Positions 1 through 14,517 are shown, counted from the first letter of the stretch. The stretch: DNA of 64,000 nt from the human T2T-CHM13v2.0 reference genome, Homo sapiens (GCF_009914755.1 NC_060937.1), one strand, 5' to 3'. Numbers and translations: made by a program. Notes: generated from the letters alone by a model not told the origin.

Positions 1-129
1 AAAATCCTAAGAATTATCCATGGCTTCTTACTCTCTGACCTCACCCTACCAACTGCTGAGCACAGTGCCAGGCACATAGTAGATGTGTACTAGACTTGAG
101 GTATTATGTTATAATGTTATAATCATATC

Positions 130-1000
130 AATAACTAAGTCCTGTTGGAGTTCATTCTAAGTATTTCTAATCCACCACTCTCCAGTCCTACTATTCTTAT
201 CCAGGCTACCATGTTGTCTCATGTGGATGGATTATTGCAATACTCTTATCTCTACCTCCTATCTTACCCCCTTCCCTAAAATTCATTGTCCACACTGAAA
301 CCTGAATGGTTTTTGAAAATGGAACTCTTACTTAGGACACTCTTCTGATGACTATTCTTCGAAGCCTTCATATTGTCCTGGGTATGAAGTTCTAACTCCT
401 TTACCCCTCTTTCAAGGGCCTATACCAGGCCCAATCATACCTCTACTCTCATTTCTTACCACTTTTCTGAAATGAACTCTGTTCTGGCCACATTGAGTAT
501 TTCAGTTCCTCAAATTGCCATGCACTCAGTTCCCAGACCCTTTCACTTCTAAATTTCGATTGAACACCAATCATAATGACTCTATCATCTAAATATTTTT
601 TCCATGCCTCTCTCCCACTCCCACATTGCTGCCAGTCTGTTTTTCATCACTTCTTTCTCTGCAATAACCTCTTAATTGATCTCTTCTTGATCCTAGCTTG
701 CTCCTTTCAATTCTTTCTTCACTCTGCCAGCAGAATGGCCTTTCAGAAACAAACATTTTATCTTATCTCTCCTTTCCTTAAACACATTAATGGCATGTAT
801 CCCTACAACTTTTAGGAGAAAAATAAAACGTCTTAACACATAGAGTCCTTTGTGATTTGGTTTCTGCCCATCTAGATCTCTAGTTTCATCTTTTACCCCT
901 CTCTCATACAGATCATTTCCCAGAATGAGGTCCTCCAGTTTTCTAAATATCATGCACTTTCGTACCTCTGGGCTATGCCACGTACAGTTTTCTTTGTGCT
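130..1000 (+). mobile_element. Degraded L2 LINE fragments
   Basis: Pyrimidine-rich, L2-like phrases (catgtggatggattattgcaatactc..., ccttcatattgtcctggg..., gaatggcctttcagaaac...). Highly diverged, boundaries approximate. Confidence 0.45.
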
Positions 1001-3309
1001 TTTATAGCATCCTTATCACACATTTATCTTTCCAACTAGATCACACACTTGTAGGGTTGTTTCTTTATATTTTTTGTGTTTTCTACAATAGTCACTTATT
1101 ATTTTTACATTTTAACAAAATAAAATAATTGTGAAGGGCGCTATCCATTGAGGAAATTGGATATCCATTGAGGGAATTTAGTTGTAGAAGAGAAAAATGT
1201 GGTGGGATGAGACAGGCAACAGGATGGGTGGTGGGTCACAATACCTGTTTTCAAACATCCAAGGGCTTTCTTGGAAGGGTTTAGATGTCCATCTGGTGTA
1301 GATTTTAGGGAAACAGATTTCCTCTTAGTGTAAGAAAGTTGAACAGAGTTGTCTGAAGAGGGAATGAGCTGCTGAGTCAATAAGAGGTGAATGAATCACT
1401 TTTGGGTTTGTTTAGTGGAAGGGCTCTCACTGATACAGGGAGATTTCTGTTGAAAGAGGGAATTCAGCCTCTTCTGGAAGGTTGGCTCAAGTGGTCTGTG
1501 AGGTCTCTTCTATTCTTTGAATTTCACCATTACAAAAATAATTTAATAGCTTTCCACCCTTATACCCTGAAAACAGATTGATTTAACACTATTTAGAGGG
1601 TTCTGGTGTGGCTAGAGGAGCACAGGCCCCTCTCAGAATTCAATGTTAGTCATATCTTTGGTAAGAACTATCTATCTATCTATCTAACTATCTATCTATC
1701 TTTGATAGAGCCCTTTTCCTTCTTTGTGTTGTTCATCTTTTTTTCTCATAAGTATCCCATTCCTGATGGCCAACACATGACAGAATAGTAGTAAATGAAT
1801 AACTTTCTATGTGTTAGGACACAACACCTTACTCTGTCCTATATTATGTTTCTCTTTGTGCTTGAATTATCTACCCAATTAGAATGTAAACTGTGCCTTA
1901 AATTTGTATGTTCCCCCCTGCATCTTTAAATATGGAATTATGGAATTCTTACTAAAGATTATATTTATCTGTAGTAATAATTCCATATATAAATTAAACT
2001 AAATTGAATTTAGGCAACAGGAAAACAGACCCAACAAATCCACCCTGAAATATTTTAGTAATCTATCAATCAAAGGGATTAAAAGAGATTTTAAAAACCC
2101 CATGAACATGGAACCTCAGTATAATCTGGCATACACAAAAGTAGTTTCTGAAATGTGGCAAATCGCCAGTCCTGGCAAATTGGGAAGGTAGTATGCCAAT
2201 TACAGAGTGAGAAGTTGAATAGCACCATGGAGAATTAGGAGCAATAACACAGGATGAATGCCTTCGTCCTGATTTAGCCTCAGGTGGTCCTCACCAGAAT
2301 CTGACAGGCAGATACCCTGGGATTCAGGGAATATTATAATCCCAGGGAATTCAGTCCATTGTTAATGTTGGTCAGGAATCATATACAGTATGAGTTAAGA
2401 AATACCAGAATTCATAAAGTAAGAATGTTTCTGCCTCTTTGTGGGCACCTGAAAATTGAATTGTCTGCCAACAGGAAGGGAAGCAGCAAGCAGATTCCTC
2501 AAGAGAAGGGGAGAGGCTTTGGTTCTCTTTACTTGCACACTTTTCTATAGGTAGTAAAACTATCAGCATCAGTCCCTTAGTCTTAACTGCAAAGTATCCC
2601 AGAGTATCAACTAGGGAGCTGTTGATCTGCAAATCCTCCATCTTCTCCCAGACTTTCTGCATTTGAAGGCCCCCCAAGGGTCAGCATCTTGTTTGAAGCT
2701 TAAAATAATTGCTTATCTTTATAGAGGCAGAGAGGGGTCTGAGGGAGAGAATAATGAAATAAAGACTAGTGGAAGCAGAAAAAGAAGGAAGTGTTTTGGA
2801 TGGGGAAGGGAGAGAGAGCTTGAAGCTTAGGAACAAATTGACCAGTTTGGAGGGTAACCTTTTTCTCAAAAATCCAATTGAAAGTGTTCACAAGTCTGTA
2901 CATCTAACCGTGTTGGCTGGTTTGCAGCAGCAGAGATGATGACAAGACTGTGTGACTCCTGGATGGAGGAAAGACATTCTTGTGGTGTGTCCCAAGAGAC
3001 CTTCTGCCTTCCAGCTGACAAATCATCTGTGCTTCAAAAAAATTTCTGCTTCCAATCAAGACTGAAACTGAGAAATTTTCCTGACAAGAGTGGAAGTTGT
3101 AGCATGCACAGCCTGTTAGATTTGCTTCCTTTGTTTGGTGAGAAATAAAATCACACTCCACCAACAAATTGGAATGCCTAGGATATTCTCTGTCTCTTTC
3201 TCACTCCCTCACACATACACCTGCCTCCCCTTTGCCCCACGTGCATGCATACATGTGCACACATCTACCTTACTACTTTAGAGCCAGGTCTAATAGTGAT
3301 AGACATAAT

Positions 3310-3324
3310 CTCTGTCTGTCTATC

Positions 3325-3363
<39 letters not shown>

Positions 3364-3367
3364 AATC

Positions 3368-3414
<47 letters not shown>

Positions 3415-3425
3415 ATCTATCTATC
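3310..3425. repeat. Compound (TCTG)n/(TCTA)n tetranucleotide microsatellite
   Basis: Long tcta runs with tca/tcaa interruptions, read directly. Confidence 0.95.
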
Positions 3426-4509
3426 CATTCCTGTCACTGTCTCTGTCTCTGTCTCTTTCCAATAGTTCCTAGATTATGGCTAAATTTCCCCCCACATTTG
3501 GTAGGACAAAGACTTTTTACCATTAAGGATTTTTTTTTTTAATGTCCCTGCTACCAGTCATAAAGGAAATACCAAAAGGTCATTCCAAACAATTTTTTGG
3601 ACAGAGGTTTACTGCTGAAATAGATGAAATAACTGATAATTTATCACAATAGCTAATTTGAAGGGGATAACTGGCACCTGGAAGTACAGAGCTGCTGTGT
3701 TGGTAAAAACAAAAGCAGCCGCCTTACTTTGTAATTATAGCTGATGTTAGAGGTTTTCTTTTTCTATTGTGGAGTTGTTGCCAAGGCAATAGCTTGGCAC
3801 TCTTCTACACAAATGCTTTTCACATTAATCTACACAGGCTTCACAGATGTTAATTTTTGTAACACACCTATGCATTCCAGAAGAGCAAAATATATTTTTT
3901 AAAATCTGTTTTATATGGTAGGAAAAGAGCATTAGAAAACGTTTTTCTGGCCTCCTCTCTCGCTTCCAGGACACACTCACAGCGACCGTCATGGATTTTG
4001 AAATGGCCTCCAGACCTTAGCCCAGGACTGTGGGGAAAAGAGGGCAGGAAACCCAAAGAGAATCCACACGACAAACCAGATCAAGGACATGGCTAACGGT
4101 CAGAGTTGGAAGTTCTGCTGCTGAGACAAGGTGGAAGCCAGGAGGCAGAAACTCAAGAGGAACTAAAGCCAAATGTCACAGTTAGCAAAAATCAGGGCTA
4201 AAGCACAAGACAAGAACCAAAGGAGCGATCACTGTTGAGCAAAACAGTCTAGTGTCAGCATTCAGACACTGCCCTCGATGCAATTTCTGAACACTCTTGG
4301 GGCAGCAATGCTTCTTTAACCCCAACTTGAGGCAGCTCATGTAGAAAGCATCCACTATTGCTGGGCTTTGGGAGTGTGATTAATCTTGGAGGCAAGGTGA
4401 ACTGTTAAAATTTTCACCCATCTTACACTGTGAAGAGACAGAATAAAGAAAGCCCTTCATACTTGTTGGTTCTGGAGTCATAAAGCTTACCAAAGTAGTA
4501 ACATTGAGG

Positions 4510-4657
4510 CAGGGACTGGACCAGGGTGGGTGAGTGAGGTGCCTCAAGTACAAAACTTCAGGAGGCATTTACTCTTCAGGTCATATGAATGTGGGGCCAC
4601 TGAGGCTCAGAGAGGGGAGGGGCCCCTTCACACCCCAGGCAGGGCAGCTCTGGACCT
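4510..4657. mobile_element. MER96-like non-autonomous hAT DNA transposon
   Basis: Starts cagggactggaccagggtgggtgagtgaggtgcctc..caaaacttcaggaggcatttactc and ends ctctggacctg. Resembles the recalled MER96 consensus, with degenerate terminal inverted repeats. Confidence 0.5.
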
Positions 4658-7464
4658 GACATCTGGTGCTCGGTGTCTCATTGATGTTAGGCCATGAGTT
4701 CATTTTGAATCAGAGTCTGTGGCGCTCATGGTGTTTCTTGAAAAAGAAAAACAACATTATTAATATTTAGCTACTCCCTGGCATTTTCTAATGTAGGATG
4801 GATACAAATAAACGCCCAAACTGGTGAAATAAAAAAATTTTGGTTAACACTATAGTAAAGACTTTTTTTTTCATATTCTTTTGCTGGCCAGGAAGTTCTA
4901 AATACCTTCCCAAGAGTATTTGCTGCAAAAAGAACAGAGAGGAAATAAATTATTGTGTGACTCCAGCAAACACTTGCCAAATGAATAGACAATGAATTAG
5001 AATTGGCAAAAGGGAGAATGGAACTCACATGAACTCAGTATCCTTTATTTTAGTTTCATTTAGTGGTTAAAGTCATACATTTGTTTTATTTTATGTACAA
5101 TTTTTACATCTTTTTACAAAGGCTTTAAAAGGTATCTATATTAAGTGCCCACAAACTTTTCCTCTGAAACATCATTTAAATCACTCTGGCTGATTCTGCT
5201 CTCAACCAGATAAGGTATTAAGGAAAGACAAGAACAACAACAATAACAAAATGGTATGAAACTTTATCCAACCATGGCTTAAAAGGACTTATTGGTTAAT
5301 TTGGATTTGGGTTGATGGTCAGGATGGCCTTGAAATTCATATTCTAAATTTAAATAGGAATTTCTTCAATTTTCCATTCAAGAAGTGATTCTCTTTCTTT
5401 TGTTCCACTAGGCTGTACAGATTGTATTCTCTGTTTCTGAGGCTGTCATCCGTTAGCAGGATTTACAGTTGCTGACAACTTGCTTTAATAATTCACAAGG
5501 AATAGAATCTATTTTGTGCTCTCTGTTTTCTCAGTCAGTTCAGTGATGCAGACAGATTAAAAACATGCTTTTTGTCAGTGAAATAAATTGAGAGGGCACA
5601 GAGACACCCTAGGAGGAGTAATACTGAACAAGATACCACTGTGAAATGTTTTCCCACCAGTACACAGCTAGATAAAACCAGAAACAGACCAGGCTCTGTC
5701 TTGAACCCTTGAATCTGGCAAGCCTGGTACTGAAGTTAGGCCTGCTCTCCAGGCATACCCCAAACTGTTGAGTTAATTTATATAGGCAACTGAATGTACT
5801 GGCTTTCAAGTTTTAGGGAAAGGAAATCATTTTAAGGACAAAATGAAATTCGAAATTCACACACAATTTATAAGCTGTGGCATTTTCTTTTTGTGAATTA
5901 TGGTAGTAAAATGTGTAACTAGCACCTGTTATGTATTGTTTATATAGTTATCTGAAAAAGAAGATGCCTTTATTTCTGAGTAGCATCAGACAGCAGGGCA
6001 GGAAAGAGAAGGCTGCCTGGCCATAACTTCTACGCCTCCCTGGGTCATGCTATTGCTTCATGCTTCTTTAATATTAAATGTAACAAGTTCTGCATCAGGC
6101 TCAAATCCCATCTGGCCTCAGCCCAGAAGAGGCCCAGGGCCTGTCAGGCCTTACACTGCCCTGACTTTGTTGATAGATTCTGCTCATTGAAATTCAGCAG
6201 TGGAGGAAGAAGGTGCCTCCTCCTTGCAGCCTGTTCCTCTCCCTAAGCAAACAAGACTGTGGCTCAAAGGCAATGTAGACCATGGTGTCCACAGCCAATT
6301 TCAATACTTAGTTCCTTCCTGAAGCCAATCACCAGACCCACACCACAGGGTGGACACACCCTTCTGGGTAAAGAATGTATTTATTTAGGTTCATGCAGAA
6401 GCCAAAGAAGAAAGAACAGGGCAGATGAGAAAATCCTATAATGGACCTTGCAAGTGAACTGAGAGCTGTTTGGTGAATCTGGCTGACCACTTCAGCTCAC
6501 TAGTGTGCACACATAACGCCCTTTCAGACTTTGGCATTCCTTGAATTTTCAATTTGATTTTGGCACTAGCTGTTTTCATAGGTAATTTTTCTTATTCTTC
6601 ACATATTTCATGCCATTATGAAAAGTAAGTGTGTTTTGGCTAGACATCCTAGCAAAAAAAAAAAAAAAGATGGTTATGAAGGTATTATCTTCAAAAGAAT
6701 ATTACAAATCACTATCTGGAAGTCAGCTGGCATCTGATATATCTTTATTTGTCTACATATGTAAATGTACATAGATATATAGTTATAGATATAAAATATT
6801 AACCAAATTTATGCGTGGTTTTCTTTAGGTAACTACAGATAAAAACTGCAGTTCCACTTGGCTTTTGTAACAAGTTGGCATCTAGGTTTTCATCTAATTG
6901 GTAAATGTATATAATTTAAAAACAGCTTAATTTTTTTTCTTAGTTTTCTTTAAAATGTGAATTGAAGTTGTGATTTGAAGTTGGAGTAAAATATCACTGG
7001 AGGCCCAGACATTTCCTGAAGTTTAATAGGGTAACCCTTTGGTGCTTGGAGCCATAACTTTACCATCTGAACTGCTCCAGAAATTCCAGTCACCAAACTC
7101 TGATATTTTTTTCACTCCTCCATCACATTTTAAACTTGTAATGGACCTTAAAGTGTTTCCAGTTCACCCTTGCAACTTTGCCCCAAGCTGGAGAAAGAAT
7201 CTACCCCAAAATGTACTCTTTATAACAACAGCATTTTTCCAGCCCTTGCCTCACAAAGGTGACATCTCTTGAAACTATTACGGCTTCAATATGCAAGGGA
7301 TGTGGTCTCGGCTTCACCATAGCAGCTGCTGGGAGCAACCAGCTCTCCCAGGTTTATGCCACATAAACGCACACCCAAATACTCCAGTTCAATTTATTTT
7401 TCCTCATGCCGTTACTCCTAAATACGAATTCTTCCAGGGGTGGGCAAACTAATTTCTAAGGCTG

Positions 7465-7526
7465 TTTTCTTTTATTTTCTTCTTACTTTCTTTCTTTTCT
7501 TTCTTTTCTTTCTTTCTTTCTTTTTT

Positions 7527-7567
<41 letters not shown>

Positions 7568-7690
7568 TTTCTCTTTCTTTCTTTGTCTTTCTTTCCTTCC
7601 TTCCTTCCTTTCTCTCTCTCTCTCTTTCTTTCTCTCTCTCTTTCTCTTTCTCTCTCTCTCCCCTCCCTCCCTTCCTTCCTTCCTTCCTCC
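7465..7690. repeat. (TTTC)n/(TTCC)n/(TC)n low-complexity tract
   Basis: Seen directly; explains the F/L/S- and E/R/K-rich ORFs at 7440-8036. Confidence 0.95.
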
Positions 7691-8110
7691 AAATATCTAC
7701 AATTCTTTTGATGGCATCCAAAAAATGAATGATTTTGAGGTATCTGGTTATGACTTCTATAGACCTTTATATTCTGGCTTTGAACTACAAAAAGACAAAC
7801 AGGAAGGAAGGAAGAAAGGAAGAAGAGAGCAACAAAAAACACACAAAAATCCTTCCAATCTATCAGTGAAATTGTACCCTCAAATAACATTCTATAAATT
7901 ATATTTGGTTATTTTGATAGGAGTTATAATCAGTTTTAATTTACTCATTCAAAATTCAACAATATTTGTTGAGAATCTACCTACTACATGCCAAGTAGAT
8001 AAGTTATTAGCCCTCATAGTGTCTAGTTTTACTTAGCGTAGATATTTAATAAATGAGAGAAAAAATTAAGTAAAATAATTTCACATAATGACACATACTT
8101 GTAATGAGCT

Positions 8111-10748
8111 CTACCATAGCCTTCCCAGACACCCCTTCAGGTATGGTGTTCTTATTTCCCTAGTCACTAGGAATGCTGTCTGTAGATAGCCTTCACCTCT
8201 CAGTCCCTGTGATGGTTAACTTGATGGGTCAACTTGACCAGATTAAAGAATACCTAGACAGCTGGTAAAGCTTTATTTCTGGGTATGTCTGTAGAGTTGT
8301 TTCAGGAAGAGATTGGCATTTGAATCAATAGACTGAGTAGGAAGATCTATCCTCACCCAATGTGTGTGGCACCATCCATTCCACTGAAGGCCTGGATAGA
8401 ACAGAAAGGCAAAGGAAAGCTGAATTTGCTCTTTCTTCTGGAGCAGGGAAACTTGTCTTCTCCTACCCTTGGACATTAGAACTTCAGGTTCTCTGGTCTT
8501 TGTTTCTCAGCCCTTTGGACTTAGACTGAAGCAAGTTACCAGCTTCCCTGGTTCTCCAGCTTGCAAATGACCTATCATGAAACTTCTCAGCTTCAATAAT
8601 CATGTGAGCCAATTTTCATAATAAATCCTCTATCTATCTATCTCTCTATCTATCTATCTATCCATCCCATTGACTCTGTTTCACTGGAGAACCCTGAGTA
8701 ACATAGTTTTCTTTGGGAATTGCCTTATCTGAAGAGAGTTACCCTGCCAAAGGTCATGTTTCCTACCTATAGGGTAGTCATTTCCAATAACTGGACCCCC
8801 TTAACCCAGCTCAGGACAACTCTGAAGGTCGATTCCATCTTTTGGTAGGATTAGCTCTGGTCCTTGTTGGGACCACATCACAACCCTACTTCTTCCTCTG
8901 CCTAATCCTATTTCTATCCTTTCCATCAGTGAGGACCAAGAGGACTCCCTAACAAACTTTCTACTTATTAATCTTTATCTCAGTCTACTTCTTGGGAGTC
9001 CTGACCTGCAGCAGTTAGTACTAGCAGAATATCAAGGAAACAGACACTGATTTAGCATTTAGGGGCTGGATGACCTGCTGCCTAGCTAGGAGTAAAGACA
9101 CCATCACTGGTGGTAGAGATTAGTACTATGCCTGAGCCCAACAGAAATCAGCATGGCCAGCAGCAGAGATCAATGCCGAGTCCCCAGTACAGCACCAACC
9201 CTCCAGAATGCCAACCAGCCACTTGGTGGCAAGTTAAACACATTAGACATTTTCCACCCTGGAAAGAGTAGTGGCTTATTTTGATAGAAATAGAAATATA
9301 TTTGGGGAATGTATGTAAAAGTTTGTCTTTCCTTTCCACAGAGCTTCAACCAGCACTACTACTTGAGGACCTATGCAGTGTTTGTCCATGAGCATGGAAT
9401 GACTCATACTGGCCTCAGAGTTAGGGACTCACTTTAAAGGAAAGGGGATGCAGTAGTGGGCACATGACTAAGAAATCCACCGATCCTCTCATATACTGCA
9501 CCACCAGAAGCTGCTGGATTAGCAGAGCAAAGGTATGTTCAAAGAACAGCTGAAGCAGGAACTTTGAGATTATACTTTGTGGGGATGGGTGTCATTATCT
9601 AGGGTGCAGTGCTTACCAGTAATCAATGAATTTTATGTAGTGCTACATCCCCACTAGATAGAATACATGGGTCCTGGAATTAAGGGGTAGAGGCATGAAT
9701 GGTCCTTCATCTCTCCCAGTTATCTGCTTGCGGGATGTATCTTCCTTTCCTGGCATCTCTGGGTTCTGTGGGTTTAGTGGTCCTGGTTCCCAGAGAGGAA
9801 ATGCTTTCACCAGAGGACACAGCAGGAATCTTACTAAACTATAAGCTGAAGCTGACTCTTGGGCACTTTGAGATCTTCGTGCTAAGGGACCGACAGGCAA
9901 GAAGGGGATGCTTCCTGGCATCATTAGGACATTGGGCTACTGTTATACAATGGAGACAGGGAAGAATATATATGGCACCCACATTATTTATTTAGGTGCC
10001 TCTTGTTATTCCTTTGCCCAAGTTTGACAATAGTAGACAAGTGCAAAAGCCATAATCAGAGAAGGACATGGTGATTGAGAGCTCAGACCCCACAGGATAA
10101 GGGTCTGGTTCATGTTACCAGGCAAGACAAATAAACCTGTGGAGTTTCTAGGTGAGTTTAGGGAGCATATAGAATGGAGAGTAGAGGAGGGAGAATGTGA
10201 TCCCAAGACTGGCTGCAGTGGCTAGAGATGTATTTTATTCCACTAAACCTCAATAAGTTTCACTGAGAATCAGATGCCCCAGCATCCTAACTAAGCTGCC
10301 TCCAGAATTTATACAAAGCAGTGGATTCAAAGGGTGGACTCTGGTGAAATGTTGCCCATATTCCTATTCAATACTTAAAATCTTACTCCTCAAGAGGTTG
10401 AGAATGTTGCAAACAGACAGTTTTAGCTTTCAGGTGTCTTTGGAAATTGTCTCAACTTAAGAGCTGCTGTGACTTCTTGGGGCAGCTAGCATCCAATGTT
10501 GGGGGTATAAAGACTTGTCTCCTCGTTTTGAAACTTGGTATATTCTAAAAAGCCATTCTAGCTTCAGAACTCCCTGTGGGGCTGGCTGAGGTCTTTGTTG
10601 AGACTGCAGTTATAGCCTAATTTCTCCCTTTTCCCAGCATTCTTATTTTCCTTCCCTTCTTCAGGTGTTGATCAAGAGTACCTCTAATAACTTCTTCCAT
10701 GCAAAACCACTACTCACTCTCTGGTTCCCTGGGCATCCACCTGCAACA
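8111..10748 (+). mobile_element. Internally deleted ERVL-class provirus (LTR16-type LTRs, ERV3-16A3-like interior)
   Basis: Two related LTRs, ~8111-9013 (split by MLT2) and ~10340-10748, ending ...acctgcagca / acctgcaaca. Purine tract aagggtggac precedes the 3' LTR. The interior translates to decayed ERVL integrase (QPATWWQV.., HHQ.AAG; ~9185-9560) and a dUTPase-like segment (GLVVLVP...LGHF; ~9770-9900). Confidence 0.75.
8208..8703 (+). mobile_element. MLT2 (ERVL) solo LTR nested in the LTR16-type 5' LTR
   Basis: Starts tgtgatggttaac..gtcaacttgac..attaaagaatacctaga, ends ctggagaaccctgagtaaca, with the typical internal (tcta)n after aataaa. Confidence 0.85.
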
Positions 10749-11684
10749 GTACTATAAAAATATATAAAACAGCAAAATGAAATAGAAGATCAGATACAAG
10801 GCGAGGCTACTCTAGTTATGATGATCAGATAAGTCTCTAAGGAGCTGAGATGTGAATGATGAGAAAGATCACAGAAAGATCTGGGGGAGTAGCATGTACC
10901 ATTCCAGACAGAAAGAAATATGAAGGCCCTGAGGTGACAATGAGCTTAACATGTTCCAGAAAAAGAAAGAAGGTCAGTGTAACTCAGGCATGACAAATGA
11001 GAATGAGGCTGATGGAAACAGTGGCCAGATCATGGAATTTGAACTTTATTCTAAATGCAATAAGGAGTTACTAGAAGTAATTAAATATACCACTTTGACT
11101 TACAGGAGTACTAAATGACTTACAGGAGTTTGAAGAGTAGAATAAGAGACAATCATTATAGTTATTATATATATTGTTATGGGACTATATAATAGTCTCA
11201 CCCCAAGAAAGAGATGGGTGGTGATGGCGACAGGTGGTTGACTTTTGATATTTATTTTGGAGGTGAATCCAAAAGGATTTGTGATGCATTACAATGTAGG
11301 ACAATGAAAAGAGAATAATTAAAGATGACCCCTAGGTTAGGCCTGAGCAAGGAGCAGTACCACTAGTAGGGAAGGAAAAGAGGAGCATAGTTGGAAGCAG
11401 AGGATATAAAGCTACCTAAGGACAGGGTACAAAGTTTCCAGAGAAAAAGAACAGATTAGAGAGCTAGATTACCTTTTTAATTAAGTAGTGACTTCAACTT
11501 TGTTAACCCCTTCAGTCTCTCTTTGTCTCAGTTTCTCTGCTTTCCATTCTTTCCTAGGCCACAATGAGATCTGATAGACCTCAATATCTATAATTATAAG
11601 CTGCTTTACATTTCTCAGAGATTCTGCATTTTCAGCAGTCTCTCAGGTGACAATGAGGTTGTGGTCTGAGGACATTTTGTGTAG

Positions 11685-11880
11685 CAAGGTTCCAGTGAAA
11701 ATAACATCGTTGGGTCAGACAGACCTGACTTTGAATTGTTTCCTGGCCAATTATTAGTTGTGTAATATTGGAGAAGTTTAAATCTTCTCTGAGTTTAATT
11801 TCTTGTAAAAGTAAGAATAATATACCTGCCTCATAAAGTTACCAGGAGAATTAAATGATGTCATGTCTCTAAAGCATAAA
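11685..11880 (+). mobile_element. MIR SINE
   Basis: gtcagacagacctg..ttgaat..., core aatcttctctgag..tgtaaaag..aataatatacctgcctcata..ggagaattaaatga. Confidence 0.7.
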
Positions 11881-13709
11881 GCAAATAACCCAGCTTCTTA
11901 CTCACAATGGGGCTAACTAATTTAGTCTCCCTCCCTACCGCTGTCAAACAGACTATATGTTTACAGATTATATTAGAATCTTAAAAAATCATTGCAAGAC
12001 CTTAGGCATCCAGATAATTAACATGTACAGTTTTGACTATTACCAAGTAATTCCAATGGTCCACATAATGTAACAATTTGAATTTTGCCAAGGTGCACAT
12101 TGAAATCCTACATACTGAGAAGAGGCTGGTTTGCAGGAGTGAGTAATTTATCTGGGGTATAGCCTATCCAATGGCAAGCATCCTCATCTCAGCCTGACTT
12201 CATGGTTCTTAGCTCATCTTCCCATCTGCATGCCTTTTGTGAAACAAGAAAACCTCTGTATCTTATGGAAAATGTCTCTGCTAAACAAAGGAACAAACAG
12301 AAAAACAAAAACTAAACTAAAACCAATTAGCAAATTGTGCTGGCATAGAAGTGAAGAAAAAGTTAAAAAACCAAAGAAACAGATGATATACAGAAAAACA
12401 GGAGTTTTGGATAAATTATGGAGTGGGAATGCCACATTGGCAGTGGCTTGGATCCATGCTATGAATGCTTTTACCATGTGCTCTATAAGGAAATAAAGAA
12501 AGCTAATTCACAAACAGTTTCAATAAGTTTTCCAGACAGAATTTGTATTATTAGCCTTATAAATGAGTCTAGCCCTCTATTTATAGAATTCTAAAGGTCT
12601 TAAGGGGTTAATTAAAAGTTTTTAGTAATACTTGACTGAACTTTATGGGAGAAATTCTGTGCTATAATGGTATCTGTGATTTGGGGAATTTGTACAAGTC
12701 TCAGGGTGTATCTCTTAAGAATTTCAGGGTCTCTTGTAATTATTTTTAATACTAACACATTGTTCTTGTTGTATAGCAAATTGCAAAATGCAAATTATTA
12801 AACCATCATGGCAGTAATCACATTGTAAAGAAATAACTTGCATATTTAATTTCCGGTTTTACAATGAGGCTATAGCATTTGCCAGTAAATATTCAATACC
12901 ATTGTACACAAGCACCATGCTACAAAGTACTTGGACAAATAAGACTCATCTGAGGAATGGAAAATACTGGCTCCATGATGGAAATGTAACCTTGAGACTT
13001 GGGAGGGTAAATTATCTCGGGGCAATAACAATGTTACCTATGACTGGCAGAAGGTCATAATACTGGTGCATTTAAACAGCTGTTAGTCCCCCAGTAGTCA
13101 TCTAGAGAGACAAGAGAGAGAAATCACTTATTTTGATACTAAAAACACAGAGCTAGCTCTAAAGTATCTGACATATCCTAGTCCTGATCAGCAAATCTCA
13201 GCACTTTTGCTTGGTGTGAAGTCATTTAATTTTGACTGGATACTCCCTGTAGTAGGTAAGGCTAACACATCCAACGATAGATCTATTTCCACAAAAAATG
13301 ATTTTTATACTCTCATTCATTAAACATGCAGTCTCATTTTCCCAAGGCTCTAAGCAGTGCCAACACGGTATTCCTTTCATTTGAACTCTGAAGTCCTTGT
13401 AGGAATAATGATCTCACATTCCTTTGTTGTTTAAAGAGTATGAATTCCGTGAACAATCCTAAGACAAATTAGTTAGATGAAATCTGGTATTTTGTGGGGC
13501 AGGTTAAGGAGAGTGAACCACAGGATTGATAAAATTCAACTGGATGCCAATTCTTTTGTATTATTTTCTGGCACCCTTATTTAAAATGCAAATACCCAGA
13601 GAGAGTAATACATTAAAGAGCATTAAGGAATAAATACATGGGTGGTGAGGAAGAGAACCCAATGTCTTCAACAAAATTCCATAGGAAGAGTCCCTATCTT
13701 TTACTTGGT

Positions 13710-13900
13710 TTAATGAGATTTGAAATGAGATAAGTACAAATTTGAGATCTGCTACTCTTTAGCTCCTTGCAGCAATTACTTAACCTCCCATAGTCTCAGT
13801 TTCCCATGAAAGTAAAACAGTGATAATAGTAACAGTATAGTAGCACTGAAGGGAGGAATTGATTAGATGACATATGCAAAAGACACAGAGGAGAGCTGGG
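13710..13900 (+). mobile_element. MIR SINE
   Basis: Core ttacttaacctccc..tctcagtttccca..gtaaaacagtgataatagt. Confidence 0.6.
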
Positions 13901-14216
13901 CAGATGGGAAAAATTTAACAAAAGTTTATTTTTCTCTTTTGATTAAAAGTACTTGAATATCACATTACATTTTCCCTCCCCACTTCACTAGGGCAACACC
14001 AGTGGATAGGCACCCCCACTCAGGAGACCAGGAAATCTCCCCTAATAGGACTTCCAAGTGAATTATTAAACAGTGAAGTTATTTAAACGTTATTGAATTA
14101 CTGAAAATAATTTCAAGAATCAGTGGTATTCTGTGGAAGTTATTAGGTGTAAGATAGGGACTCTTCCTATGGAATTTTGTTGAAGACATTGGGTTCTCTT
14201 CCTCACCATCCATATA

Positions 14217-14517
<301 letters not shown>

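Larger units (their letters stand above)
7943..11400 (-). mobile_element. L2 LINE (pieces ~7943-8110 and ~10749-11400) split by an ERVL provirus
   Basis: L2 3'-end signature ctcattcaaaattcaacaatatttgttgag at 7943. L2-like sequence (gatctgggggag..cattccagacaga, gaactttattctaaatgcaat) resumes directly after the 3' LTR. Confidence 0.6.

Noticed and set aside
7440-8036. 198-aa hydrophobic ORF and antisense charged ORFs
   Set aside because: Translations of the (TTTC)n microsatellite.
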